Source: Escherichia phage vB_EcoM_ESCO9. Taken from it: a stretch of 64,000 bases of DNA. The stretch is taken from the sequence record OM386654.1; one strand, 5' to 3'. Of the stretch, positions 55,391-64,000 are shown in pieces. A program made the translations under genes and the position numbers. Under the pieces are notes generated by a model. It was not told where the DNA came from. It searched no databases and was given only the letters and a program-made list of their open reading frames with translations. Each line of letters opens with the position of its first letter. The first letter of the stretch is position 1.

Positions 55391-56323
55391 GTGGCTAAGT
55401 TCAATTGTGATGACCTGATTGCAAAAGGTTTAGTGCATAAAAAAGAAGTTAAATCTGGAGAGTATGCTGGTCTTGCTGTACTTAAATACAAAAACAATGT
55501 ATTCTGGGATAACTTGTGGAACGTTGACAAACGACTTCTAGATTGTCGTGGGTTGGTTGTTGACTCAGAAGACAATGTTGTTATTTGGCCTTTTACTAAA
55601 ATCTTTAATCGTTTTGAGAATGGTACAGATCTTCCAGCAGACGAACTTGTAGATGCTGTCCGTAAAGTAAACGGTTTTATGGCATCTGTAGGTGTGTACA
55701 AAGGGAAACTTGTTGTATCAACAACAGGGAGCCTAGAATCAGATTTTGCAATTATGGCAAAGAACCGTATTGTTTCCGAGTGTGACGACATAGAGTATTT
55801 CATTAAGTGGACAGAAAGTGCAAAAGCAACTTTTCTTTTTGAAATCTGTGATCCTTCTGATCCACATATTGTCGAAGAAGAACCAGGCGCATACTTAATT
55901 GGAGCAAGAATTCAAAATCTTGATGGGACAAGTTTCATGTTACCTGAAGGTGTTCTTGATGGGATTGCATCTATTACAAAATTTAAACGTCCTGAAGTTT
56001 ATCCGATGATTAAATTTTCAGATGTTGTTGAAATGTCTAAACATTGTAGACACGAAGGCTTTGTTGTTCGTGAAACAAACTATCCGTTTAACTTACTCTT
56101 AAAGATTAAGTCACCATACTATCTTGCTAAGAAGTTCCTTATGCGTGGTGGCAATAAGAAGTGGGATATGATTTGGGACAACCCAAACAATGCTAAACAA
56201 ATTGTTGACGAAGAATATTATACTTTGTTAGAATGGCTTCGAAATAACTTTACGAAGGTTCAATGGGCTGCTCTAGATCCACAAGAGCGACGTAAAGAAA
56301 TAGAAAACTTCTTTGGAGGCTAA
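55391..56323 (+). CDS. ATP-dependent nucleic acid ligase (nucleotidyltransferase superfamily), candidate RNA ligase
   Basis: GTG start; motif I VRKVNGF (KxNG), motif III-like FLFEICDP, motif IV EGFVVRE, motif V LLLKIKSP. Confidence 0.65.
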   Translation: MAKFNCDDLIAKGLVHKKEVKSGEYAGLAVLKYKNNVFWDNLWNVDKRLLDCRGLVVDSEDNVVIWPFTKIFNRFENGTDLPADELVDAVRKVNGFMASVGVYKGKLVVSTTGSLESDFAIMAKNRIVSECDDIEYFIKWTESAKATFLFEICDPSDPHIVEEEPGAYLIGARIQNLDGTSFMLPEGVLDGIASITKFKRPEVYPMIKFSDVVEMSKHCRHEGFVVRETNYPFNLLLKIKSPYYLAKKFLMRGGNKKWDMIWDNPNNAKQIVDEEYYTLLEWLRNNFTKVQWAALDPQERRKEIENFFGG

Positions 56324-56728
56324 ATGAAACAACTTATCATTTTACGTGGTGTTTCAGGTGCAGGTAAATCTACAGTAGCAGAAATTATCTCTGAAAATCA
56401 TTGGCCTATTTGTGAGGCAGATCAATACCACTACACTGAAGATGGTGTGTATGAGTGGAAACAAGAGAATATCCATAAAGCACACCAATGGTGTCGTGTC
56501 AAAGTAGAAAAATATATGCAGTATGGTGTTGAAAAGATTATTGTTTCTAATACCTCTACTACAGAAAAAGAACTTAAACCTTATTTAACTCTTGCTGAAG
56601 AGTTTGGTTATCAAGTTATCTCCTTAGTTGTTGAAAATAGGCACGGTAACGACTCAATTCATGAGGTTCCACAACATATTCGTGATCAGCAAGAGAAACG
56701 TCTTCGCAGTTCACTTAAGCTACAATAA
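56324..56728 (+). CDS. P-loop kinase, candidate polynucleotide 5'-kinase
   Basis: 134 aa; Walker A ILRGVSGAGKST at the N-terminus; directly follows the ligase-like gene. Confidence 0.6.
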   Translation: MKQLIILRGVSGAGKSTVAEIISENHWPICEADQYHYTEDGVYEWKQENIHKAHQWCRVKVEKYMQYGVEKIIVSNTSTTEKELKPYLTLAEEFGYQVISLVVENRHGNDSIHEVPQHIRDQQEKRLRSSLKLQ

Positions 56729-56737
56729 GGAGAGTGT

Positions 56738-57058
56738 ATGGAAATTTATTCTGGTGAAGGTAAGTATTTTACAGTAGTCGATAATGGTGAAATTATTATT
56801 TATCGCTACGGAAGTGAGTGGAGGAACGAGACAGGAGACGGCTATATCTTATCTTTGCTCAGTTTGATTAATGATCTTACGGAAGAACTTGAAGAAACAA
56901 AACGTTCGTATGATGATCAAGTAGATTCATTAGAAAACATTATTTCAGATCTAAACGAAGAAGTTTCTTGTTTGAATGAACAAGTTTCAGAATTAACACT
57001 GGAATGTGAAGATTTAGGTGATGTTATTGCAGATTTAAATGAACGTCTTAAGGATTAA
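56738..57058 (+). CDS. hypothetical coiled-coil protein (106 aa)
   Basis: ORF track; acidic heptad-like repeats. Confidence 0.45.
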   Translation: MEIYSGEGKYFTVVDNGEIIIYRYGSEWRNETGDGYILSLLSLINDLTEELEETKRSYDDQVDSLENIISDLNEEVSCLNEQVSELTLECEDLGDVIADLNERLKD

Positions 57059-57061
57059 TAT

Positions 57062-57286
57062 ATGAGTACAGCTATCTATGTTAAAGGTGTAAGCGAAGAT
57101 CAACAAATGTTATTCTCATTTGGTGAGAATACTGAAATGGAAGATATGTTTAATGATATCCTTGATGCCCTTTCTTCGGAAGGGTTCACAATGATTACAT
57201 ACTTTATGGCAACATCTTCTGAATACGTTGATACAGATCTTGAAGACTTAATGGAAGAAATTCAAACTCTTGTGTATAATTGGTAA
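57062..57286 (+). CDS. hypothetical acidic protein (74 aa)
   Basis: ORF track. Confidence 0.45.
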   Translation: MSTAIYVKGVSEDQQMLFSFGENTEMEDMFNDILDALSSEGFTMITYFMATSSEYVDTDLEDLMEEIQTLVYNW

Positions 57287-57483
57287 GGGTAACTATGACA
57301 TTTATTGAAGAACTAACGAGAATTGCAAACGCACCTAACAGTAGCGAAGATCCTTACTTTATGGTGGATGATTACACTGGTGGTAATATTGATTATGCCT
57401 ATGAACTAGGCAGACTACACGGTGAAATTGAAATGGCTAAATGGGTTCTTTCTCAACTGGAGGTTAAAGATGAAACAAACTAA
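57280..57483 (+). CDS. hypothetical protein (67 aa)
   Basis: ORF track. Confidence 0.4.
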   Translation: MVRVTMTFIEELTRIANAPNSSEDPYFMVDDYTGGNIDYAYELGRLHGEIEMAKWVLSQLEVKDETN

Positions 57484-58585
57484 TCCTACATTGTATGGTA
57501 AAACTTCTACAGGTAAAATTAAACAGTGGTCAGTCTATACAGAAGGTAGTGTTGTAACTGTTGCTCATGGTCAATTAGGTGGAAAGATTACTAGCAAATC
57601 TTATATAGCAGAACCTAAAAATATTGGTCGCTCAAATGAAACAACAGCAGAAGAACAAGCTGAAATAGAAGCTCTTGCCAAATGGACAAAACAACTTAAG
57701 AATGGGTACTATAAAACAAAAGAGGAAGCTGAAAACCATGTTCCTTCCACACCCATGAAATGTCAGGATTATAAAGATTATGCTGATCGTGTTTTGTTCC
57801 CAGGTTATGCACAGTATAAATTGAATGGTCTACGTTCAATGATTAACATGCAAGGTGAATGCTTATCTAAAGCTGGGGAAGTATATAAACTTCCACCTCA
57901 CTGGAAAGAAATTCCAACCTTCATTAAAGAAGTAGTTGGTCATCCTCTTGACGGTGAAGTTTTTGCTGGTTTGGGTGTCCTTAGCCTTCAACAAATTAAT
58001 AGTGCGTGGAAAAAGCACAATGCTAACACACCGCTTCTTAAATATTATGTATACGATGTTCCTGTGGCATCTGTACCATTTGAGAAGAGAGTTCAAGTTT
58101 TGGCTGCTCTGAAAGAAGTTGTTGAAGATAAAGGTTTAGATGAACTTATTTGTGTAGTACATACAGAGTACATTGAAAACCAAGAACAGTTTGATGCTTT
58201 CTATGCAAAAGCTCTACGAGAGAAAGCGGAAGGTGTGGTGTATCGTAACGCACAAGGTGTTTACGAGTTTGATAAACGTTCTTATGATGTTATTAAACGT
58301 AAACCACGTCAGACGCTTGAAGTTAAAGTGGTAAGTGCAAAACGTGATAAAAATGGTGACGGGGTATTGACAGGCGAGATGGAAAATGGTAAAGTAGTCG
58401 AATTCCTGATGCGTAAGGATTCAGATGAAACCATTAACTATCGTAAAGAAGAAAATGCTTTGACACTTATTGGTCAATTTGTTGAAATAGAGTACGAAGA
58501 ATTTTCAGACGAAGGTATTCCTACCAAGCCTGTTGGGGTACGTGTACGTAATATGATTCCAGGTACTTGGGAACCAGCAGAGTAA
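57470..58585 (+). CDS. ATP-dependent DNA ligase
   Basis: ATG at 57470 preceded by GGAGG; motif I YKLNGLR, motif III PLDGEVFAG, motif IV EGVVYRN, motif V VIKRKP; C-terminal extension consistent with an OB domain. Confidence 0.75.
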   Translation: MKQTNPTLYGKTSTGKIKQWSVYTEGSVVTVAHGQLGGKITSKSYIAEPKNIGRSNETTAEEQAEIEALAKWTKQLKNGYYKTKEEAENHVPSTPMKCQDYKDYADRVLFPGYAQYKLNGLRSMINMQGECLSKAGEVYKLPPHWKEIPTFIKEVVGHPLDGEVFAGLGVLSLQQINSAWKKHNANTPLLKYYVYDVPVASVPFEKRVQVLAALKEVVEDKGLDELICVVHTEYIENQEQFDAFYAKALREKAEGVVYRNAQGVYEFDKRSYDVIKRKPRQTLEVKVVSAKRDKNGDGVLTGEMENGKVVEFLMRKDSDETINYRKEENALTLIGQFVEIEYEEFSDEGIPTKPVGVRVRNMIPGTWEPAE

Positions 58586-58593
58586 GAGGTAAT

Positions 58594-58773
58594 ATGGTAT
58601 TAGTAACAGTTCTTATGATGTTAATTGCTATTGCAATTATAATGTTAGCCTCGTTTCCAGTGGATAAATGGTACTGCAATTTTTGTAGATTTGTTGTTTT
58701 CCTCTGTGCTGGGGCGTATATGGGCGAATCGGTAGTTCGCATTAGTGTTTTGTTAGAACAATATTTTAAATAA
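58594..58773 (+). CDS. small membrane protein (59 aa)
   Basis: ATG at 58594 preceded by AAGAGG; hydrophobic N-terminal segment. Confidence 0.4.
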   Translation: MVLVTVLMMLIAIAIIMLASFPVDKWYCNFCRFVVFLCAGAYMGESVVRISVLLEQYFK

Positions 58774-58782
58774 GGAGAAACA

Positions 58783-59505
58783 ATGATCGAGAATTTTTTC
58801 AAACAAGTAAAAGTGGACAATAGCTTCTTTATCAAAGCTGCCGATCAAATTGTTGCTTGGAATGCTAAGGCACGCGGTGGAGTAACTCCAGAATTTACTC
58901 AAGAGATGTTTGAAGCTCAACTTTCTTTTGTACGAGAAGAACTTAAAGAGTTTCAAGCAGCAGCACAGGAAAATGATCACGTTGAATTACTTGATGCAGC
59001 AGCAGATATTTTTGTGGTAGCATCCTATCTGGCATTTATGTTCTTTGGTAAAGAAGGTGTTGATAAAGCTCTGGAAATGCCGACAGGCGATGTTCTGGCA
59101 GAAAACATTTACGATGTTATCATTGAATTTGATAAAATGGTAGAAAATGACTTGCAATTTGCCTTAATGTCTCTTACACTTACACGTATGGCACGAGATA
59201 CTTTGGTGCGTTCTGTCTATAACGAGAAGAAGGTTATGCGTGAAGTGTTGAATAGCAATGAGTCCAAGTATCCTACCAAGAAGCAACTCCTGGCTATTTG
59301 GGAAACTAAGGATATTATTGAAGCTCTTGAAAAAGAGTGCGATGCTATCGAGATGCGAAGCAAAGATCGTGCAGAAGGTTCTTATACTGGGGTACATGCT
59401 GTATATAACGAAGTTCAAAAGGTGTACGTATTCTTTGATGACAAAGGTAAAATTATGAAACCATCTACCTTTGTTAAACCTAATATCGCAGCAATCATTG
59501 CTTAA
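58783..59505 (+). CDS. hypothetical protein, possibly MazG-like nucleotide pyrophosphohydrolase
   Basis: EE/ExxD-type acidic helix pairs (VREELKEF ... ELLDAAADIF); weak. Confidence 0.3.
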   Translation: MIENFFKQVKVDNSFFIKAADQIVAWNAKARGGVTPEFTQEMFEAQLSFVREELKEFQAAAQENDHVELLDAAADIFVVASYLAFMFFGKEGVDKALEMPTGDVLAENIYDVIIEFDKMVENDLQFALMSLTLTRMARDTLVRSVYNEKKVMREVLNSNESKYPTKKQLLAIWETKDIIEALEKECDAIEMRSKDRAEGSYTGVHAVYNEVQKVYVFFDDKGKIMKPSTFVKPNIAAIIA

Positions 59506-59541
59506 GAAATAAAGCCCCTTCGGGGGCTTATTGGAGGTATT

Positions 59542-59820
59542 ATGTTAACAGCAGAAGATATCTTTAAACACGGTTTGCGTCAGGTAATCAAATCCTTGAA
59601 GAATGCAGGTATTGAAGATATCACACAGGAAATTGTTGGTTTAGAAAAAGAAGGTAAGAGAACAGAGTTTAAGTTTTACACAGAAGAACAGTGGTTGAGT
59701 AATCCGCAAAACAAAGCTAATGAGGCTGTTAGTCTGTTTGGTAAATCTTATAAAGGATTTAAATATCCTGATCATATTGTCGAATATGATGGTGTAAAAT
59801 ATTTTGTAGTTATTATTTGA
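59542..59820 (+). CDS. hypothetical protein (92 aa)
   Basis: ORF track; preceded by hairpin AGCCCC-TTCG-GGGGCT at 59512-59529. Confidence 0.45.
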   Translation: MLTAEDIFKHGLRQVIKSLKNAGIEDITQEIVGLEKEGKRTEFKFYTEEQWLSNPQNKANEAVSLFGKSYKGFKYPDHIVEYDGVKYFVVII

Positions 59821-59830
59821 GGAGAAAACT

Positions 59831-60715
59831 ATGTTTGCTAAAAATTTCAAATCTTGCGTAACCCTGATTTCTGGTGATGGTCTGTCTATTTCCGCACTGA
59901 ACACAGTAACAGACAAACCGCTGGATTTTGTTGTGGCACAGGGTCAACAAGCACATACCATTGGTCTTGTTCGTTTTGAAGATGATGGTTCCTATGTAAA
60001 AGTGTTCTCTGGTTTAGAGGTTATTAAAGTAGGGCAATCTGTTAAGAAAGTTAACAAGAAAAAAGTTAAACGCATTCTTAATGAAAAACTCCAAGAGATG
60101 GAACAAGAGTTTATTGCTGCAAATCCTACTAAAGAATTCTTCTTGGATAAAGAAAGTAAAAAAGCAATTGAGGCTGATATCGTGTTTTCTCTGCTCCCAG
60201 AGACAGAGGCAGATGATTTCTATAACTATGTTGTTGTAGACACTGAGAACAGTATTACCTACGTTCTTAATGGTACTAAGAAAATTAGTGAAGATATTGC
60301 TGTGTTTCTTCGTGAGGTGTTGGGTACTTTCCCAGTTCTGCCGTTTAGTGTACACGAAGAAGCCATTATTAAAGGTTTTGATACCATCTTAGAAGAACAT
60401 GAGGCTGAACGACTGACCCTTGGTAATTATATTAAACTTGAAGATTCTGAAGGTGTGGTTGTATGGAGTAAAGAATCCCTTTATGAATCTCGTGCAGTAG
60501 AACTTATGGAAGATGGTAAGCACGTTGTTGCCATTGGCCTGGAATATGACGGTTTCGTTAACTTTATTGTTGATAAAGAATTTAAGTTGAGTGGTATTAA
60601 ATTCCCTAAATACTTTAACGATGAAGAAGGATCTTTTGAAGCATCTGTCCTTCTGTGCTTTAATGAAATCCGTGGTATTATGCAAGACCTTATTAAGTCA
60701 ACTATTCAAAAATAA
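59831..60715 (+). CDS. hypothetical protein (294 aa)
   Basis: ORF track; RBS GGAGAA. Confidence 0.5.
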   Translation: MFAKNFKSCVTLISGDGLSISALNTVTDKPLDFVVAQGQQAHTIGLVRFEDDGSYVKVFSGLEVIKVGQSVKKVNKKKVKRILNEKLQEMEQEFIAANPTKEFFLDKESKKAIEADIVFSLLPETEADDFYNYVVVDTENSITYVLNGTKKISEDIAVFLREVLGTFPVLPFSVHEEAIIKGFDTILEEHEAERLTLGNYIKLEDSEGVVVWSKESLYESRAVELMEDGKHVVAIGLEYDGFVNFIVDKEFKLSGIKFPKYFNDEEGSFEASVLLCFNEIRGIMQDLIKSTIQK

Positions 60716-60718
60716 TAC

Positions 60719-60748
60719 TTGACTTACTAATTTAATATGTGTTAATAT
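60719..60748 (+). promoter_or_regulatory. sigma70-like promoter (-35 TTGACT, -10 TAATAT)
   Basis: TTGACT at 60719-60724, 18-nt spacer, TAATAT at 60743-60748 preceded by TGTG. Confidence 0.4.
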
Positions 60749-60789
60749 GCCTACCTACTTAGTTAGGTGGGCTTTTAAGGAGACACACC

Positions 60790-61002
60790 ATGAAAAAACT
60801 TCTTGTCGGTTTACTTTTAGTAATCAGTTCTTATTCTTATGCTGGTCAAATAACTTTAATTAATTCTGGAGAACAAGTTTCTGGAAGTACAAAATACTGT
60901 TTTTACTCTAACGGTATGTACGACAAGGTTATAGAGGTTTCTGCAAGTCGTCAGTGTCCCTACACACGAACATTCTCAACAGAGAGTTCAGATGATGAAT
61001 AG
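60790..61002 (+). CDS. small secreted protein (70 aa) with N-terminal signal peptide
   Basis: MKKLLVGLLLVISSYSYAGQ...; two Cys; RBS AAGGAG. Confidence 0.5.
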   Translation: MKKLLVGLLLVISSYSYAGQITLINSGEQVSGSTKYCFYSNGMYDKVIEVSASRQCPYTRTFSTESSDDE

Positions 61003-61010
61003 GAGGTAAT

Positions 61011-62129
61011 ATTAGCGGTTACATTTTAATCCAACCGGAAGACCTGCACAAATATGTTGACGAGAACACAATTCTTGCAATAGACTACGATCAAGTGGCG
61101 TTCCAAGCATCTTCAGCTTTAGAGCAAAGAAAAATCCACGCTGTACACAAGGCTTCCGGTAATGTAAAAGAGTTTGAAACAAGAACAGATTTTTGGGGTA
61201 AATCTTCAAAAAATATTGGAGGATGGTTAGGAGCACTTAACGCGCAACGCGAAGCTGCTGGTAAGAAGTTGTTCTCCAAGGAAGATTTTGAAATAAAAGA
61301 TGTTCAAATAGTCCCAGAGAATATTTCTTTTACGTTTCAAGCTGCAAAGACAAAAATAACCCAGATGGTGGATCACCTAAAACTTCAAAAGTATTGCGGT
61401 GTCATCGGGGTAGGAAAAACCTTCCGGCATTCTTTCAAAATGCCAAAAGAATATAAATCAGAACGATCAGATTTAAGACCAATCCAATTATCAGATACTA
61501 AAGATTATCTAGTTGAAAAACATAACGGTGACGTTGTTACTGGTATTGAGGCAGATGATGCTTTAGAAATCTATGGATATGCAGGGTATAAAGCCTACAA
61601 GGAAACTGGTAAGTTTTCTCATATTGTAGCATCTATCGACAAAGATAGCTTACACACACCAAGTTTACTCTTTAACTTTTATAAAGAGGATGGTGTTTAT
61701 AAAAATCCTTGTGTTATTCTGATTGATGAATCTATCGGTGATATCTGGATCGTAGAAAAAGGTAAGAAAAAAGAAGTTAAGGGTTGGGGTAGTTACTGGT
61801 TAGCTTATCAAATGCTAATGGGCGATAAGACAGATAGTATTCGACCTTACCAAGATTTCGATGTTAAGTTTGGAGATATTACTTGCTTTAATCTTATTTC
61901 CAAATGTAAAACACAGGCTGAACTTTTTCAGACAGTTAAAGATCAGTATTATGAATGGTTCCCAGATGGCGTTAAATTTACTTCTTGGGATGGTGAAGAA
62001 GTAGAAATGACAACTGATGAATGGATAGAGACAATTTTTCAGTTGGTATATATGAAACGTTGGGCGAATGATGAAACAACTTTTGAAAGTATGCTACAAG
62101 CATATATTTCAGAGCAGGAGGAACATTGA
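61011..62129 (+). CDS. 5'-3' exonuclease / flap endonuclease (RNase H-like); start codon uncertain, probably non-AUG
   Basis: GIEADDALE metal-binding motif; N-terminal-type motif ILAIDYDQVAF lies upstream of the first in-frame GTG (61095), with no in-frame ATG; AGGAGG at 61001-61006 precedes an in-frame ATT at 61011. Confidence 0.65.
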   Translation: MSGYILIQPEDLHKYVDENTILAIDYDQVAFQASSALEQRKIHAVHKASGNVKEFETRTDFWGKSSKNIGGWLGALNAQREAAGKKLFSKEDFEIKDVQIVPENISFTFQAAKTKITQMVDHLKLQKYCGVIGVGKTFRHSFKMPKEYKSERSDLRPIQLSDTKDYLVEKHNGDVVTGIEADDALEIYGYAGYKAYKETGKFSHIVASIDKDSLHTPSLLFNFYKEDGVYKNPCVILIDESIGDIWIVEKGKKKEVKGWGSYWLAYQMLMGDKTDSIRPYQDFDVKFGDITCFNLISKCKTQAELFQTVKDQYYEWFPDGVKFTSWDGEEVEMTTDEWIETIFQLVYMKRWANDETTFESMLQAYISEQEEH

Positions 62130-63088
62130 GTAAATTAACAGACGAACAGAAAGCCTTGATTGTATCTATGAAAGCACAAGGTTATTCTTCGCGTAAGATT
62201 GCACAAGAGGTGTTGGGAAGTTCTACTAAGAAGAGCACAGTAAATGATTACTTAGCTCGTGTAAATTCACCGCATCGCGGTGCTCCGCAAGATAAAGGTG
62301 GGCCAGTAATTAAAATTATTGACGTAGAGACAGCACCGGAGATTGTGTATAGCTTCTCACGTTTCAAAGCCTTTATTGCACCTGAACAAGTTATTCGTCG
62401 AGGTTACTTGCTTTCCTATTCATCTGCTGATTTAGAAACAGGGGAAGTAGAAGGTAAGAACCTTAGCAATTACCCTTTGTTTGACATAGATCATACGGAT
62501 GATTGGGAATTATGTCAAGATCTCTGGCACTTGCTTGACGATGCAGATATTGTGATCGCGCACAATGGTATTAAGTTTGATAAGGCTTATATTAACCAAC
62601 GTTTTGCTTTTCACGGTATGGAGCCACCATCACATTACGTTGTAATTGATACACTCAAGGCAGCTAAGAAGCAGTTTGCACTACCTTCTAATGCGCTTAA
62701 AGAAATGTGTTTGTATTTTGATACAGAAAACTTTAAACTTGATAATGAAGGTTTTCCTTTGTGGAAAGCATGTTGTGAAGGAGATAGACATGCCTTCTTC
62801 CGTATGCAAACATACAACGATGGTGATGTTGTTTCTCTTCGAGATCTTTACATCAAACTTCGTGCATGGATTCCACAACATCCTAACGTATCTGCATTCT
62901 ATGACGATGAAAAACTTCGTTGTCCTCGTTGCGGTAAAGAGCACCTTGAAGTTGTTCCTGGTAAGGTTTACACAACAGCGGTTAGTACATTCCAAGTGCT
63001 AAGATGCACATCATGTAATAGCCTGTCTCGTGGACGTGTTAATTTGCGTAGCAAAGAGAAGCGTGTAAACACTGTTATTGGAATTTAA
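62126..63088 (+). CDS. DEDD-family (DnaQ-like) 3'-5' exonuclease with N-terminal HTH-like segment and C-terminal zinc ribbon
   Basis: TTG start after AGGAGG; exo motifs IIDVETAP, IAHNGIKFD, YNDGDV; CPRCG...CTSCN. Confidence 0.6.
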   Translation: MSKLTDEQKALIVSMKAQGYSSRKIAQEVLGSSTKKSTVNDYLARVNSPHRGAPQDKGGPVIKIIDVETAPEIVYSFSRFKAFIAPEQVIRRGYLLSYSSADLETGEVEGKNLSNYPLFDIDHTDDWELCQDLWHLLDDADIVIAHNGIKFDKAYINQRFAFHGMEPPSHYVVIDTLKAAKKQFALPSNALKEMCLYFDTENFKLDNEGFPLWKACCEGDRHAFFRMQTYNDGDVVSLRDLYIKLRAWIPQHPNVSAFYDDEKLRCPRCGKEHLEVVPGKVYTTAVSTFQVLRCTSCNSLSRGRVNLRSKEKRVNTVIGI

Positions 63089-63116
63089 TAAAAAGGGGCG
63101 AAAGCCCCTTTATTTT
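63088..63116 (+). terminator. rho-independent terminator (AAGGGGC-GAAA-GCCCCTT + T-run)
   Basis: Hairpin at 63093-63110 followed by TATTTTT. Confidence 0.5.
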
Positions 63117-63126
63117 TGGAGGATTT

Positions 63127-63528
63127 ATGACTACAGCACTGGATATTCAAATTGATGGTGATCACTACAAACGTATGCGTATGCAACCTTTGGAACTTGC
63201 ATATCTAATTGGTGCAACTCCTTGTTTCACTAAGTTAGCTAAGTATGCTTGTCGAAACAAAGGTGATCGTGTGATCAACCTAAACAAAGCGATTCACGTT
63301 ATTCATATTGAAAAAGAATTGAGTGATAAATATTACAATATGTTGTATGAAGCCTACCCTAACTTAAAAAATCCTGTAAAAATTGAGTTAGCTAATCAGC
63401 TAATTGATTTATACACAGACGATGATCTTGTTCGTAAGGCTTTAAAAGCAATGTATAAAGGTAAGTATATTGAAGCAGCAGATGCTATTGAACAATTGAA
63501 GGAGAGTGTAGATGGCTTCTCACGGTAA
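63127..63528 (+). CDS. hypothetical protein (133 aa)
   Basis: ORF track; RBS GGAGG. Confidence 0.5.
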   Translation: MTTALDIQIDGDHYKRMRMQPLELAYLIGATPCFTKLAKYACRNKGDRVINLNKAIHVIHIEKELSDKYYNMLYEAYPNLKNPVKIELANQLIDLYTDDDLVRKALKAMYKGKYIEAADAIEQLKESVDGFSR

Positions 63529-63706
63529 ACAATACGGAGAGGGTGAAGTATATAAAATATACAATAAACGTGGAGATAAACTCCTATATACAATCACAAT
63601 CCCAGAAAACATGTGTAAGGCTGGTTTAGACCGTATGCTTTTCTTTAAATATAACATTCCACCTGGAGATTATGTAGCTAAAAAGGTGAGCACTATTGGA
63701 AAATAA
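63512..63706 (+). CDS. hypothetical protein (64 aa)
   Basis: ORF track; overlaps upstream gene end. Confidence 0.4.
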   Translation: MASHGKQYGEGEVYKIYNKRGDKLLYTITIPENMCKAGLDRMLFFKYNIPPGDYVAKKVSTIGK

Positions 63707-64000
63707 AGAACCTAAAGTTATTTGGGGAGATGGAACACCTTGGAAAACTCAAGCAGCCTTTTATACATATTTAAGGGGTTGCTTAAGGAAAGCATGGGTG
63801 AGACACCCGAATAAGATAAAAAAGATCCAATCTGTACGATTTAAAGCCGATAGGTTGGATAAAGATGGCAATGTAGTTTTAGATAAGAAAACAGGCAAAC
63901 CGAAACAGGTTTGGAATTGTCAATGTGAATTGTGTGGACATACAGGAGGTATGAAAGACTTTCAAGTAGACCATATTAATGCAGCAGGTACATTAACCTG
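63696..64000 (+). CDS. HNH endonuclease-like protein, 5' part only (runs off window end)
   Basis: Frame open from TTG at 63696 to the window end; CQCELCGHTGGMKDFQVDHINA resembles an HNH Cys/His motif. Confidence 0.45.
   Translation, partial: MENKEPKVIWGDGTPWKTQAAFYTYLRGCLRKAWVRHPNKIKKIQSVRFKADRLDKDGNVVLDKKTGKPKQVWNCQCELCGHTGGMKDFQVDHINAAGTLT

Noticed and set aside
1-64000. CRISPR arrays, integrase or attachment sites, transposases
   Set aside because: No regularly spaced direct repeats, no tyrosine or serine recombinase-like ORF and no IS-like inverted repeats; the window looks like a lytic phage segment.

Overview
The window reads as one contiguous piece of a virulent tailed dsDNA phage genome with no host-like genes. 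Its gene content (family-A DNA polymerase, primase-helicase, contractile-tail morphogenesis genes, a large tRNA array, NAMPT plus PRPP-synthetase-like genes, two ligases) resembles Felix O1-like myoviruses; that assignment is inference from memory, not a database hit. Layout: (1) 1-9.1 kb, plus strand: replication block (primase/helicase, DNA polymerase, AP2-domain protein, SSB-like protein, DNA methyltransferase). (2) 9.1-45.4 kb, minus strand: tail fibres, baseplate, tape measure, sheath/tube, capsid, scaffold, portal, large terminase, overlapping spanins. (3) 45.4-48.5 kb, minus strand: about 19 tRNA or tRNA-like genes with two small ORFs. (4) 48.5-52 kb, minus strand: NAMPT-like and PRPP-synthetase-like genes. 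(5) 52.3-64 kb, plus strand: small early genes, then metallophosphoesterase + ligase + P-loop kinase, a second ligase, FEN-type and DEDD-type exonucleases, and a partial HNH gene. Most worth a second look: a mini-intein splitting the terminase P-loop, a candidate three-gene RNA repair cassette, the NAMPT/Prs pair as a possible NAD+ reconstitution anti-defence module, several non-canonical tRNA-like genes (two with stop-codon-reading anticodons in my hand fold), a tail-fibre-like gene broken by two compensating frameshifts, and a nuclease gene that appears to start at a non-AUG codon. All calls are from reading the sequence and ORF track by eye; tRNA folds, motifs and promoters were not machine-verified.
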